Source: a virus (lineage: Duplodnaviria > Caudoviricetes). Taken from it: a DNA stretch of 64,000 nucleotides. Where the stretch lies: the IMG/VR virus record IMGVR_UViG_3300042258_000071, positions 96,001-160,000 of that record; one strand, 5' to 3'. Below, in pieces: positions 31,159 through 41,311 of the stretch. The notes below the pieces were generated by a model, which saw nothing but the letters and a program-made list of their open reading frames with translations, did not search any database and was not told the DNA's origin. Numbering within the stretch: the first letter of the stretch is position 1; every line of letters starts with the position of its first letter. Position numbers and translations under genes: made by a program.

Positions 31159-33789
31159 ATGACCCCTGTTGAACAAACCCGAATGATTGATGCACTCAAT
31201 CGGTATTGCTTTCACAATATTTGGAATGCAACACTTCAAGAGTATCGTGTTAATGTGAAACCCAATCAGATCTTAGCAGGACGCTACCTTAAAGGTAGCG
31301 TCTCTGTTGGATCTGAGAGATTCCCCCTTCCAACCCCAACCGACCAATATATTGCGTATTATGCTCCACAACAATCTTTTTTTGGAGGATTACGCCTTCA
31401 GAAAGGAGTGTGGATACGGTCTGATACTTTTTTAACACATTACAAAACACTCCTTTACAGTTACGATACAGAAGGACGTGTTCTTCCCCGAAATTCTGTG
31501 TATCTTTATTTATCTCCTATTTCAAATCGTGTTATTATTGCACTCTTAAAGAACCCTCTTTTAAAAGTATTCGGTCCTCACTTCGATGCTTTCTATATGA
31601 CCGTCTATAGAGACAGTGATCAACCTAATCCAATCACTTTACAGACGTGGTATGTTGATCCTACAAATGCCTCTGGAAGTGTCAATGGTCTTGTAACATT
31701 TCTCAGCCAATCTAAAACAAAAAATTTTGAAGGAACACAGATTCTTATTAATGGTAGAGAATTTTCACAATCCAATCCCCTCTCCTATCAACCAGGTGAT
31801 TACATTGAGATTCTCTGTGATGAGAATGTTATTGGTGCCTACGATGTTAATGTCTCTAATAATACAACAGGTTTCTACAGTGACATAGATTCTAAATATA
31901 AAGAGATCCTACACTGTCCAAAAACGATTAATCCAAACAATCAGCTCATCACCCACAATACTTGCATGCTATCTATCCTGACATCTGAAGGTATTGGGCG
32001 ATATGTTCATCGCATCGATGATGTTGGGGTTGGTCAGATCACTCATAATGATCTTAGTATTACCACAGACGTTGTAGATGCCTATCGTACGTATCTAAAT
32101 GATCAGGATCTTAAGATCCATGTGCGAGTAAGGACCCATACAAAAGATAATGTTCTTATTAATGACTTGTTTTATGTATCCTTTTTATATATCTGTTCCG
32201 ATGAAGATATCCTTAAACATCTTCGAGGAGAGTTGGATAACACTTTATCTTTTTGGAAAGCATCTTCTCTTGAGAACAGCTTTTATACCCGTATGATGTT
32301 TGATACTCCTAACTCTACAGATAAATCCGTTCTTGATGAATATATTGCTGGACTAGGATATTACACCGTTGCAGCTATTTTATCAAATCATGTGACTACC
32401 TTTAAAACAGGTAATATGCAACGCCAATTCCGGGTTTACAAACCAGTTGCTCTTATTGGAAAATCTTGTTACCCCATGGTGTATCTTAGAGGGTATAAAT
32501 TACAAGATGACCAATTCACATATGGAGATCAGTATTCGCATTCTGTCCGTATCACACTTAGCGATGACGTGTATCTAGGGAGTGAAAATGATCTTGTGAT
32601 TGCGCTTATAGAGAACGGTTCTGGGCGTCCATATGTCTTTACGCCAGATGTGAGTCATACCACAATCACAGTTCCCTTTCGAGATGTTCGTATTTTTGAA
32701 GAACTTACAACCTCTGAATCGGTTAAAGGATACAGAGTTGAATCATTCCATCGATACATTGAGAATATAGAGACTCCTGGGTCACTTTCAGTGACAGACA
32801 ATGGAGATGGGACAACAACGCTCTTATTTGGTCTTTCTAATTACAATAAAACATTTATCATTCAAAATCGTAATTTTTCCGTAAACATTAGCACATCACT
32901 TGATGACATGATCTTTACGGAAAAAGGATCCCTGACCCTCCCCTTGCAAATTACATGTATGAATGACACTGATAAGGTTGTGCCTTTATTAGGGTATAAT
33001 ACCGTAGATGCTTATATGAACAGTTTAAAGTTAGTTGATAATCTCGATATAAGTGTCAATACTTTAAAAGACAGCGAAGACCGCCTCGCTGGATATGAAA
33101 TTTCCTTAAACACCCTTGATTATCTTAAAGAAGCCCCTGGGAATATTTTACAAACCATTGTCCATACTGGAACACAACTTTCAAATGAAGCAGGGTTTGT
33201 CTATAATGGAACCATCTCATTTGACAACAATATTAACCTCTGGTATCCAAATATCAGTCGTGCTTATGTTAAAGGTCTTCTTGTTTCAAAACTTGAAGAT
33301 TTCGGAACGTATCTGGTTCCCAACATGACGACCCACACTGGAGATGCTTACAAGATTGAGGTGCATCTTTTAGGAACAGTTGCTGAACTTCTCGATGGCT
33401 ATAGTTCGACTCCGGATATCAACAGGATTAATACAATTAGAGCTTATTTCAATCGGATATTAGAAGTAGATAAGTCTGTCGTTGTAGTTGATAGGTCTCA
33501 TCTCATTTTTTCTAATTATGTTGCCCAGATAACTCGAGATCTTGCACAAGGGGTTTTAGAGGTTGCAAACGATCCAGATGATGTGAGATTTCTAGTACAG
33601 TTTAATACCTATCGACATCTTAGAGATATTGATACAGCATTGAAAGATATGGATATCATTGACTTAACATACACTGGTATATATGGCACGTATACTAATT
33701 TCAGTGTATCTCCTGAGATTCGGAAAATCATCTTAAGGTTTGAGAAGTTAGTTCTCCCTTCAGATCCTAACAGCCTTGGAGGATTATAA
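31159..33789 (+). CDS. Virion/baseplate protein (phiKZ gp27-like)
   Basis: NIWNATLQ, FYSDIDSKYKEILH, QITHNDLSI, FWKASSLENS, LGYY; synteny. Confidence 0.65.
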   Translation: MTPVEQTRMIDALNRYCFHNIWNATLQEYRVNVKPNQILAGRYLKGSVSVGSERFPLPTPTDQYIAYYAPQQSFFGGLRLQKGVWIRSDTFLTHYKTLLYSYDTEGRVLPRNSVYLYLSPISNRVIIALLKNPLLKVFGPHFDAFYMTVYRDSDQPNPITLQTWYVDPTNASGSVNGLVTFLSQSKTKNFEGTQILINGREFSQSNPLSYQPGDYIEILCDENVIGAYDVNVSNNTTGFYSDIDSKYKEILHCPKTINPNNQLITHNTCMLSILTSEGIGRYVHRIDDVGVGQITHNDLSITTDVVDAYRTYLNDQDLKIHVRVRTHTKDNVLINDLFYVSFLYICSDEDILKHLRGELDNTLSFWKASSLENSFYTRMMFDTPNSTDKSVLDEYIAGLGYYTVAAILSNHVTTFKTGNMQRQFRVYKPVALIGKSCYPMVYLRGYKLQDDQFTYGDQYSHSVRITLSDDVYLGSENDLVIALIENGSGRPYVFTPDVSHTTITVPFRDVRIFEELTTSESVKGYRVESFHRYIENIETPGSLSVTDNGDGTTTLLFGLSNYNKTFIIQNRNFSVNISTSLDDMIFTEKGSLTLPLQITCMNDTDKVVPLLGYNTVDAYMNSLKLVDNLDISVNTLKDSEDRLAGYEISLNTLDYLKEAPGNILQTIVHTGTQLSNEAGFVYNGTISFDNNINLWYPNISRAYVKGLLVSKLEDFGTYLVPNMTTHTGDAYKIEVHLLGTVAELLDGYSSTPDINRINTIRAYFNRILEVDKSVVVVDRSHLIFSNYVAQITRDLAQGVLEVANDPDDVRFLVQFNTYRHLRDIDTALKDMDIIDLTYTGIYGTYTNFSVSPEIRKIILRFEKLVLPSDPNSLGGL

Positions 33790-35484
33790 ATGGCTGATCT
33801 TGAACTCCATAATGAAATTGAAGAACATTCTCGAACACATCGACTTATCGATATCTATGATCCCGATAATCCAGAGGGATCGGGTAATGTTGTTCCTTCT
33901 GTAGGATCTGTACTGACAAGTGGTTCTCGTATCTATGTTGTCACAGCAGTTAACTCTGTTACGTATAAGACAACATATGTTCAAGCAACCATCGTTGTTA
34001 CAGATGAGGATGCAGGAGACCAGGTTTCCATCGTGTCTTATGGAAATGATTATTTTTGTCTATACACTGATGATCGGAACAGCCCAACTCGGCTTCAACC
34101 TGACACCCGACTGGTTATTACAGGACGATCGCCAGCAAGGTATCGTCTTATTATTAACAAGGGCACTCCTAATGAAAAAGTTATTTCCAAGTATTATGGA
34201 AGTAACGGTGAAGAACTCTCTGATTACGTACCCATGTTGCAAATTCTCACCAGTGATAATCAACCTTCTGGAAATTCATATGCCTTTCCCTGTCACACAT
34301 CAGATATCCTCACTGAGGGACAGGAAGTTCACATGGTTATCTATAATGACCATGGGGCTTCTGTTGCAGAAGTCAATCTCTTCGTTAAGAATTCTGCGAT
34401 CCTAAATGAGACCCCAGGCTTTCGACCAAGGATCACAGGACTTAAAGTGACCTCCCCTCATACTCGCAGTAATGGGGAAATTTTTATCTTTGAAACTCAA
34501 GATCCTGATTCTCTTAACATGCAGTTATATGTGACTTATAATGATGGGAATGAACAACCTGTTGATATTGATAATCAAAAAACATTTGTCTTTAATCTCG
34601 AACGCTTCATTGCGTCCTATGCTGGTATGACACAGGAAGTTCTCTTTAAATATTACTTAAGTAACACAGAAGAATTAGCACCTGGTGTAACACCTGAACC
34701 TGGATCTTTTATTTCCATTCGTGTCCCGATTATTGTAGTTCCTAATGAACTTGGTGTTACAGCTAAAGTATCTGTTCAGCCAAGATGGTCTCAATCTGCA
34801 AGTCAGTGGCTCTTAAAGTATTATCTCTATACGACAGATCGTGACACCATGATTGATGTTACCCCTCACACGACAATCACGGAAGGGTCCTTTTCAGGAA
34901 CTTCTAGTTATATGGGGATATGGCAAGAATTTGAGATCGCTGTTGATATGATGGCAGCCATTCCTTCTCAGTATAGCGTTCCTCTCATGCATCGGCAACC
35001 TGTTGCTGTACGCCTTCAAAACATTTCAATTTACGAACGATACCTCCTTCGAGATGGCATGGGAAGTCCTGTCATCTATGGAGTGGATAGTCAGACGTCC
35101 AATCGTCCTATCCTAATGTATGATACTTCTCTTGAAAGATATTTTATTCCAACATCTATTTTTGAGACCAAAGATGAGTTCTTAAACTCATTTTACTTCA
35201 AAGCATCACCCCCATACCTCTCTGATACCGAAGATCTCCCACCGACCCCAACACATTTTACAGTACGCGATATGTCTAACGGTATGATGATCATCAGTGA
35301 TCCTATTTCTGTAGATGATTATAATCAAGCCTTTAGTGTTATCGGAACACCGAAGGATCGCTTCACAGGTTCAGCTTCTAATGTCACCTTTGAATTTATT
35401 TATCGTCAGGATGCTTCTACAGATCTCATTCTTTATGGGGTCCCTGTAGATGTCCGAGTATCTGAGGCTGGATACCAAGGATAG
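33790..35484 (+). CDS. Virion/baseplate protein (phiKZ gp26-like)
   Basis: DIYDPDN...VPSVG; synteny after gp27-like gene. Confidence 0.6.
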   Translation: MADLELHNEIEEHSRTHRLIDIYDPDNPEGSGNVVPSVGSVLTSGSRIYVVTAVNSVTYKTTYVQATIVVTDEDAGDQVSIVSYGNDYFCLYTDDRNSPTRLQPDTRLVITGRSPARYRLIINKGTPNEKVISKYYGSNGEELSDYVPMLQILTSDNQPSGNSYAFPCHTSDILTEGQEVHMVIYNDHGASVAEVNLFVKNSAILNETPGFRPRITGLKVTSPHTRSNGEIFIFETQDPDSLNMQLYVTYNDGNEQPVDIDNQKTFVFNLERFIASYAGMTQEVLFKYYLSNTEELAPGVTPEPGSFISIRVPIIVVPNELGVTAKVSVQPRWSQSASQWLLKYYLYTTDRDTMIDVTPHTTITEGSFSGTSSYMGIWQEFEIAVDMMAAIPSQYSVPLMHRQPVAVRLQNISIYERYLLRDGMGSPVIYGVDSQTSNRPILMYDTSLERYFIPTSIFETKDEFLNSFYFKASPPYLSDTEDLPPTPTHFTVRDMSNGMMIISDPISVDDYNQAFSVIGTPKDRFTGSASNVTFEFIYRQDASTDLILYGVPVDVRVSEAGYQG

Positions 35485-35501
35485 TAAATACGTAATACCA
35501 A

Positions 35502-35529
35502 GGAGTATGGGAGAATTCTCCCATACTCC
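35502..35529. terminator. Perfect palindrome, terminator
   Basis: GGAGTATGGGAGAATTCTCCCATACTCC. Confidence 0.75.
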
Positions 35530-35573
35530 GTGCTTTATCCTATGATTTAAGTATTTAGACATTTAAGATAAGG

Positions 35574-36926
35574 ATGTCCTTCATGGATGTAGCATATGCA
35601 TCAACATTCCACATTAAAAATCGTGAAGTATTCGAAGATAAAAATTCAGAAGAAATACTGGCCACCCTTATTGAGACGAATGCTTATGTAAGTGTTCTTA
35701 TAAATGGTCAGTATTCTGTTCTTGACATGAAACGTCTTCATTTTAAAACCTTAGTTTCCATTGATGAAACTTTGACAATCTCAAATTTTCTAGAAAATCA
35801 TCTAACAGATATGTTGTATGTAACTCTTTCTTCATCTGAATCCTTTCCCCTTAAATCCGTCTCTTCAGGAAAGTTTGAAAATAGGGTAGAAACATTCGAT
35901 CCTCATACACTTGACGCGTATAAGGTCGAGTATACTTCAATTCAGACTCCTGATATACGAAATAATGTAAATCTTAAAGATTGGTTGTATGATCTTGTTA
36001 TATCAACATCAGATGATACCTTTTTAGAACACTGTCTTGTCAGTGTTAATGGTGTTTTACATAGAACGATTTATCATAATGAGGAGCTTTATGTTTCTCA
36101 AGGATATGCGAATATGAAAACATCTAACCTCTATGAGACATTAGTCATTGATACTTCTAAAGTTGGGGGGCATGAAATTGTTGACATCACTGAAGATATG
36201 ATTCTTAATACAGAAACGGAATCTCTTTTAAAGGGTATCAGGTTAAAGATGCCAAGTGGTGTTTCTTTGAAAGATAAGAGTGTGCTCTTGTCTATCCATG
36301 GTAGATTGTGTGTATTTGACACATTTTACAAAGTAACAGGTAAGACCAGTATTAAGATTGATATTAACAAGTTTGATGGTAAACACTTCATCCTCAATCA
36401 CCCTCTAACAAGATGGTCGCGTCAGTATCGGTCACCAGGAAATTTCCCTTTAGAGGGAGACCTCCCCTCTAACAGTCAGCAGCTCTCCCCTCCCTGGCCA
36501 GAAGACAGTCCCCTCTACACAAATTTTATTGACGAGGGGGGGCGTATCAGTGCGTCCTATTTAAACAGTGAACAGTTTGTACGAGATCTACTAGCCTCTC
36601 GTCACAGTTTCATTATCTTGATTAATACATCCACATTATTTAAACGTACATTCGATCTAGAACCTACTTTTGTTCCAGGTATCCATACGGGACATCACGT
36701 AGGTACACCCAGAGGGATCTTAACGTATAATGATCTTTGGACGCTTCCTTACACGATCCTGTCTTCTCAAGACAGATACCATACTCTTATGATTAACTCT
36801 AGACGTTTTACAGATGACATTTCTAAAACAATTGAAAACCCTGAAGTTTACATCGCCCCATGGTTTAATCTGAAATTATCAGATCATATCCCACATGTTA
36901 AGCTTACAGAGTTATATGTACCATAA
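35574..36926 (+). CDS. Probable virion structural protein
   Basis: CLVSVNGVLH, SFIILI motifs seen in phiKZ-like virion proteins. Confidence 0.55.
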   Translation: MSFMDVAYASTFHIKNREVFEDKNSEEILATLIETNAYVSVLINGQYSVLDMKRLHFKTLVSIDETLTISNFLENHLTDMLYVTLSSSESFPLKSVSSGKFENRVETFDPHTLDAYKVEYTSIQTPDIRNNVNLKDWLYDLVISTSDDTFLEHCLVSVNGVLHRTIYHNEELYVSQGYANMKTSNLYETLVIDTSKVGGHEIVDITEDMILNTETESLLKGIRLKMPSGVSLKDKSVLLSIHGRLCVFDTFYKVTGKTSIKIDINKFDGKHFILNHPLTRWSRQYRSPGNFPLEGDLPSNSQQLSPPWPEDSPLYTNFIDEGGRISASYLNSEQFVRDLLASRHSFIILINTSTLFKRTFDLEPTFVPGIHTGHHVGTPRGILTYNDLWTLPYTILSSQDRYHTLMINSRRFTDDISKTIENPEVYIAPWFNLKLSDHIPHVKLTELYVP

Positions 36927-36936
36927 TGTTAAAATA

Positions 36937-36964
36937 AGATAAGGGAGGTAACTCTCCCTTATCT
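36937..36964. terminator. Hairpin terminator
   Basis: AGATAAGGGAG-GTAACT-CTCCCTTATCT. Confidence 0.7.
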
Positions 36965-37026
36965 CTATGTCTCATGATAATCCATGTTATGTTATTTGAG
37001 ATATATCAGTTGGAGTATACTGTTCC

Positions 37027-37617
37027 ATGTCAGGACAATCGTCGACCTTAACAAACATTGTTAAAGCTATAGTTGATCGTAAATATGCAGCTATTCGAAG
37101 AATCATTTCGCGGAGTCCAACGACCACTATTAAAGGGTTAGTTCGTGTTGCAACTGAACAAGAAATTTATCAGGGATCTGATGTTACTGCTATTGCAAAG
37201 CCGAATCAGCTTCACACTCTTTTAACCCCATATGACATTCCTTTTAATGCGGGATTTGATGGGGATATGGAAGCTGAAGATCTTGAAGTGAAGCAGTATG
37301 GTCGTATCATACTGTCACGTGATCTTGAGATTGTAGACTTTGTTGCACAACTCCAAACCCCCTCTGTGGGATCCTTTGTTGAAATCGATATCGAGTACTC
37401 TCTAAACTATCTTACACCATCTTGGGTATCCATTTTTCTTGTTAAACCCAGATTCGCAGAAGGTAGCACTGTTATAACAACTGTTGGAACTCTAACAACT
37501 GCCAATCTTGCCATCCCAAAAGGATCAATTATTAGATTTAGAATTACCAATACTGGAACAAGTACCCCTGGTGCTCGTTTAAATGTTGGTATTGCCGGGA
37601 GAGGGACATTAGTATAA
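37027..37617 (+). CDS. Tail-fibre-associated protein
   Basis: KGLVRVATEQEIYQG...KPNQL resembles the phage tail fibre repeat; first gene of the adhesin cassette. Confidence 0.5.
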   Translation: MSGQSSTLTNIVKAIVDRKYAAIRRIISRSPTTTIKGLVRVATEQEIYQGSDVTAIAKPNQLHTLLTPYDIPFNAGFDGDMEAEDLEVKQYGRIILSRDLEIVDFVAQLQTPSVGSFVEIDIEYSLNYLTPSWVSIFLVKPRFAEGSTVITTVGTLTTANLAIPKGSIIRFRITNTGTSTPGARLNVGIAGRGTLV

Positions 37618-38355
37618 TGATTTATACGTCACCCAACATTTTTCAAAACGCTTCTAAAAACTTTGACCTCACATTACAGAATGATTATAATGTCGTTTTA
37701 AGTAATAAAATTCTAGACTTAGGATGGAATGGACATTCTAAAGTAAACATAAACGTTCTTATACCCCAAGGCGTTGCCATAGGGTCTTTAAATACCGCAT
37801 TGGCAGCACTTCGTCCAGGTACCCTTCCTGAAGGATCAACTTTTAAAGTTGAAATACATGGAGAGATAATTGGGAAAGGAGGCACTGGTGGTTTTGGAAC
37901 AGAGCAGAGATACGCGCGAGGAGGTAATGGGACGCGTGGTGGTACAGGATTTACCTCTGAAGGGTACGAATGCACTATAAATAACTTCGGCCGTATAGCC
38001 GGTGGTGGTGGAGGTGGTGCCGGATCTGGTAATGAAGCTCCGAATGGGGAAACCTATGACGACCCTGGTGGCTCAGGGGGGGGGCGCCGGTTGGCAACCT
38101 GGCACTAGAGGATATGGTAGTCGCGCTGGTCAGAACGGGTCAAAATACTCCGGTGGTCTTGGCGGCGTAAATGATCGAGGTGATGGGGGCGGAACTGGTG
38201 GACGTGCTGGTCGAGGTGGGAACCTCGGACAGGCTGGTGGGTACTCCTATGGTAACTATGGAGGCACACCAGGTCCTGGAGGGTATTCCATTATTGGAGA
38301 CTCTACAGTAACCTGGATCAACACTGGAATCAGAGAAGGACCCATTACCTCTTAA
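37617..38355 (+). pseudogene. gp38-like polyglycine adhesin 1, frameshifted at a G9 tract (38076-38084)
   Basis: INNFGRIAGGGGGG, Gly-rich repeats, C-terminal VTWINTG; removing one G joins ORFs 37617-38108 and 38002-38355 into 245 aa, giving SGGGAGWQPG as in the paralog's SGGAGWDPG. Confidence 0.8.
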
Positions 38356-38382
38356 TCTTAACACTAAGAGGATATATCTAAT

Positions 38383-39078
38383 ATGCTGTATACCTCCCCA
38401 AGTATCTTATCTCCAAGTTCTGTCATAAAAGCGGAATTAATCATCACTTCTAATATTAATAATTTAAATCTTAAAAACTGGGTTATGTCTCAGATCGGGT
38501 GGGATGGAGTGCGACCCATCGAGGCCACTGTTACTGTGGCCTCAGGTGTCATCATTGGGAGTATTCGTCCATATGGATATGGGGGATATTACTCATATGG
38601 AACCATTCTTCAAGGATATACCGGGTTTTCAACAGGAGATTTTCCTACAGATTCTGTTGTAAATTTAATTGTAGAAGCAGGTGCTTACATTGTAGGCCAT
38701 GGTGGATCTGCCGTCGACCGAGACAAGGGTGTTCGTAAGACGGGGGGTGACGCCATGTGGATCACTTCTCCGATCTCGATATGGAATTATGGAATTATAT
38801 CTGGAGGAGGAGGTGGAGGCGGCAACTCTGTTTACTGGGGCGGCTCTGGTGGAGCTGGATGGGATCCAGGATATGGAGGGGGTGAACGTAACTATGGCGG
38901 AAACGCCTCTCTGACAACTGGCGGCTCTGCCGGTGGTGGGGGTCGTGGTGGGAACTTGGGTGCAAATGGGAACCCAGGAGATTGGGGTGCTAGAGGACTC
39001 GCAGGTTATGCCGTTAACACTGGAAACAGCCTTGTGACTTGGCAGGTTGTTGGTGATCGTCGAGGTAGTGTCTATTAA
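38383..39078 (+). CDS. gp38-like polyglycine adhesin 2 (intact paralog)
   Basis: IWNYGIISGGGGGGG, GRGGNLG, C-terminal VTWQVVGDRRGSVY as in T-even gp38; N-terminus MLYTSPSI mirrors MIYTSPNI. Confidence 0.75.
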   Translation: MLYTSPSILSPSSVIKAELIITSNINNLNLKNWVMSQIGWDGVRPIEATVTVASGVIIGSIRPYGYGGYYSYGTILQGYTGFSTGDFPTDSVVNLIVEAGAYIVGHGGSAVDRDKGVRKTGGDAMWITSPISIWNYGIISGGGGGGGNSVYWGGSGGAGWDPGYGGGERNYGGNASLTTGGSAGGGGRGGNLGANGNPGDWGARGLAGYAVNTGNSLVTWQVVGDRRGSVY

Positions 39079-39102
39079 TGAGAGGAAGGACCTATTTTAA
39101 AA

Positions 39103-39747
39103 ATGAAAAAATTTCCATATGCAATTGTTGAAGGTAAAACTGTTCTTAAAATCACACATGACACAATGGAGACTGCTTTTGAGAATCTTCCTAAAGATGA
39201 TAATGGGAACCTTCTCAAAAGACCCTTCCAAATAAATGAAACGATACCATCTGAATATGAAGAAGGATTTTATTATCTTGAAACATGGCTAGATGTTAAA
39301 CCTAAACGTGTCATTCAACGATACGTTGCCAGGAAAATTGATATTAACGAACTCTATCTCCTTAAAAAAGAAGAAGTTAATGTTAAATTGGACAGTGCTT
39401 TAAGTACTGGTGTAACACATGACGGTCATTGGTATCAAGCTGATACCTTCTCCCTCTCAGCTATTGCTTCAAATGCAGTTGAGGCTCAGGCAGCCACTGT
39501 AAAATCAAACTATACTGTTAAATGGTACGATGCTAAGAATGAAGTTGTAGAACATGACAAAACATCATTTATTGAACTGCATCGTAAGATTAACGCTTTT
39601 CACACAACATTACGTTCCAGGGCACGTGTTCTTAAAGATGATCTTTTAAAAGAACTACAGTCTGAGAACTGGGATGCTCTAAAGAATCATCCTATCGTAT
39701 TTATATCGCCAGAAGAGTATGATGAGAATGTCACTGAAGCAGGGTGA
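39103..39747 (+). CDS. DUF4376-type tail fibre assembly/associated protein
   Basis: GVTHDGHWYQAD...WYDAKN...RARVLKD pattern; follows adhesins. Confidence 0.65.
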   Translation: MKKFPYAIVEGKTVLKITHDTMETAFENLPKDDNGNLLKRPFQINETIPSEYEEGFYYLETWLDVKPKRVIQRYVARKIDINELYLLKKEEVNVKLDSALSTGVTHDGHWYQADTFSLSAIASNAVEAQAATVKSNYTVKWYDAKNEVVEHDKTSFIELHRKINAFHTTLRSRARVLKDDLLKELQSENWDALKNHPIVFISPEEYDENVTEAG

Positions 39748-39760
39748 TTTATAGATATAG

Positions 39761-39794
39761 ATATACAGAGTGGCCATCTGGCCACTCTGTATAT
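39761..39794. terminator. Inverted-repeat terminator
   Basis: ATATACAGAGTGGCCA-TC-TGGCCACTCTGTATAT. Confidence 0.8.
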
Positions 39795-39849
39795 ACTTTA
39801 TATACCTATGATCATCCTATGATTTTAACCTTTTTAAATATAGGTAATA

Positions 39850-40614
39850 TTGATCATGTTGAATTTAGAAGAACTTAAACACCTTAAACCTGTTAAAGAT
39901 CTCATGGCGTTCTTTGAGTATAATTCAAAAGATAAAACGATGACATTCACAGGTGAGACTCTTACGGTCCTTATACCTAAGAGATTTGAAGCATATGGAA
40001 TGCTAGCTCTTGGGAATATTGTTGAGACAATTGGGATCATGGAATTGTATATTGACAACAAGTATTTATCACATTTACATCTTCTTGCTAAGATTAAGAC
40101 GGACCCTTCCGATATTGCAGTTTTTACACGAGACGGTATCGACTATCAAATTCTCAGTTATCAGACAGGTGATACCTTCCTTCTTAATACTGAAGTTGTC
40201 AAAAACCCAAAAACCATGTATGCTCTTCACACTGAGTTCATTACACGTGGTAACATCCCAAGTGGATACTCCTATGATGACCTTTCCTGGATTTACGACA
40301 CGGCAGGTGAAATTGCTGATGCTAAAATTCCTGTAGATCATGCTATCTATGAAATGATGTTTGCACATCTAGCCCGTGATAATAAAGACATGTTTAACCA
40401 ATATCGATATACTGATATGACGGGAGGATATGTATTTGTAGGTCTAAGAGATGTTGCATTTGCACCGACATCTAACACTGCAAGAAGTATTGGGTCTTAT
40501 TTCTCAGAAGGTCTTAATGCAGCACTTATTAAAGAAGAGACTCAAGAGCATCTCTTTGAGAATCTCTTACGAGGGATCCCAACTCAGGAAGCATCTGAAG
40601 AAAACCCTTCTTAA
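39850..40614 (+). CDS. Conserved phiKZ-like hypothetical/virion protein
   Basis: VLIPKRF, FITRGNIP..YSYDDL, IGSYFSEGL, FENLLR. Confidence 0.6.
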   Translation: MIMLNLEELKHLKPVKDLMAFFEYNSKDKTMTFTGETLTVLIPKRFEAYGMLALGNIVETIGIMELYIDNKYLSHLHLLAKIKTDPSDIAVFTRDGIDYQILSYQTGDTFLLNTEVVKNPKTMYALHTEFITRGNIPSGYSYDDLSWIYDTAGEIADAKIPVDHAIYEMMFAHLARDNKDMFNQYRYTDMTGGYVFVGLRDVAFAPTSNTARSIGSYFSEGLNAALIKEETQEHLFENLLRGIPTQEASEENPS

Positions 40615-40676
40615 AATAAAAATTCTAGAGGATATAAATAATATGTTAAAAGTGGCGTCCATCTATTCTTAAGGTA

Positions 40677-40691
40677 TATATTTCTATTATG
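40677..40691 (+). promoter_or_regulatory. Early-type promoter of the candidate large ncRNA
   Basis: TATATTTC-tatta-TG; same spacing to TG as the other copies; predicted +1 G at 40691. Confidence 0.6.
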
Positions 40692-41270
40692 AATCACGGT
40701 ATCAGATCAACAGGGCTGATATATGTAATGCGATTCAAGGGCCATCCCAACCTCTTTTGATCAATACCTGTTGTTTCCGTCGTTAGAGATTTTCAAGACC
40801 TCTACCCTCGCACTTAAAGGTGTGTGTAGGGTTTTGTGAGAAGGTTTCTAACATTTTAATCAGGGACATTGCGGAGTCCCATTGCAACTTGCCGAAATCA
40901 TAGGGAGACTCACCATGCTTGATTTTCGTTAGTTAGGTCATCTTCCATTTAAACGTCCTCTCTTTGCCAGGGTCTGTTATCATTAAAGACCAGCTTATGA
41001 GGGGATCCAACAACCTGTGATCGCTAAAGTTGATGATCTCACCTGACATCCGAGTGAAGTTAGGTGAGATTGTCTGTCCATGAGAATAAAGGGTCAGAGC
41101 ATCCTAAGTAACTGGTTAAGGTGGTAGGTTCCACCCGAGGCTCATACTGTCACCCAAAGACAGCGGTTCCAGTAGGACGGAGAGAGTATTTAAAACCGGT
41201 ACTCTCTTGAAAGTATTCTAATCATGATAAGGGGAGGGTGGTGCGTTACGCACCACCCTCCCCTTATTTA
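40691..41270 (+). ncRNA. Candidate large structured non-coding RNA of unknown class
   Basis: No ORF of 60 aa or more; at least 12 helices found by eye, including a long-range helix and a 7-bp pseudoknot; own promoter and terminator. Confidence 0.72.
41227..41267. terminator. Inverted-repeat terminator closing the ncRNA
   Basis: ATAAGGGGAGGGTGGTGCGT-T-ACGCACCACCCTCCCCTTAT. Confidence 0.85.
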
Positions 41271-41311
41271 TTCTGCCTTTAAATTTTTAAGACAACTGCG
41301 GAGAATTCCAT

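Noticed and set aside
38002-38355. Independent 117-aa gene
   Set aside because: No RBS; its sequence only resembles the paralog from the G9 tract onward, so it is the C-terminal half of adhesin 1
40691-41270. tmRNA, RNase P RNA or group II intron identity for the large RNA candidate
   Set aside because: No tRNA-like acceptor/T-arm ends, no GAGGAAAGTCC-type P4 motif, no domain V consensus seen
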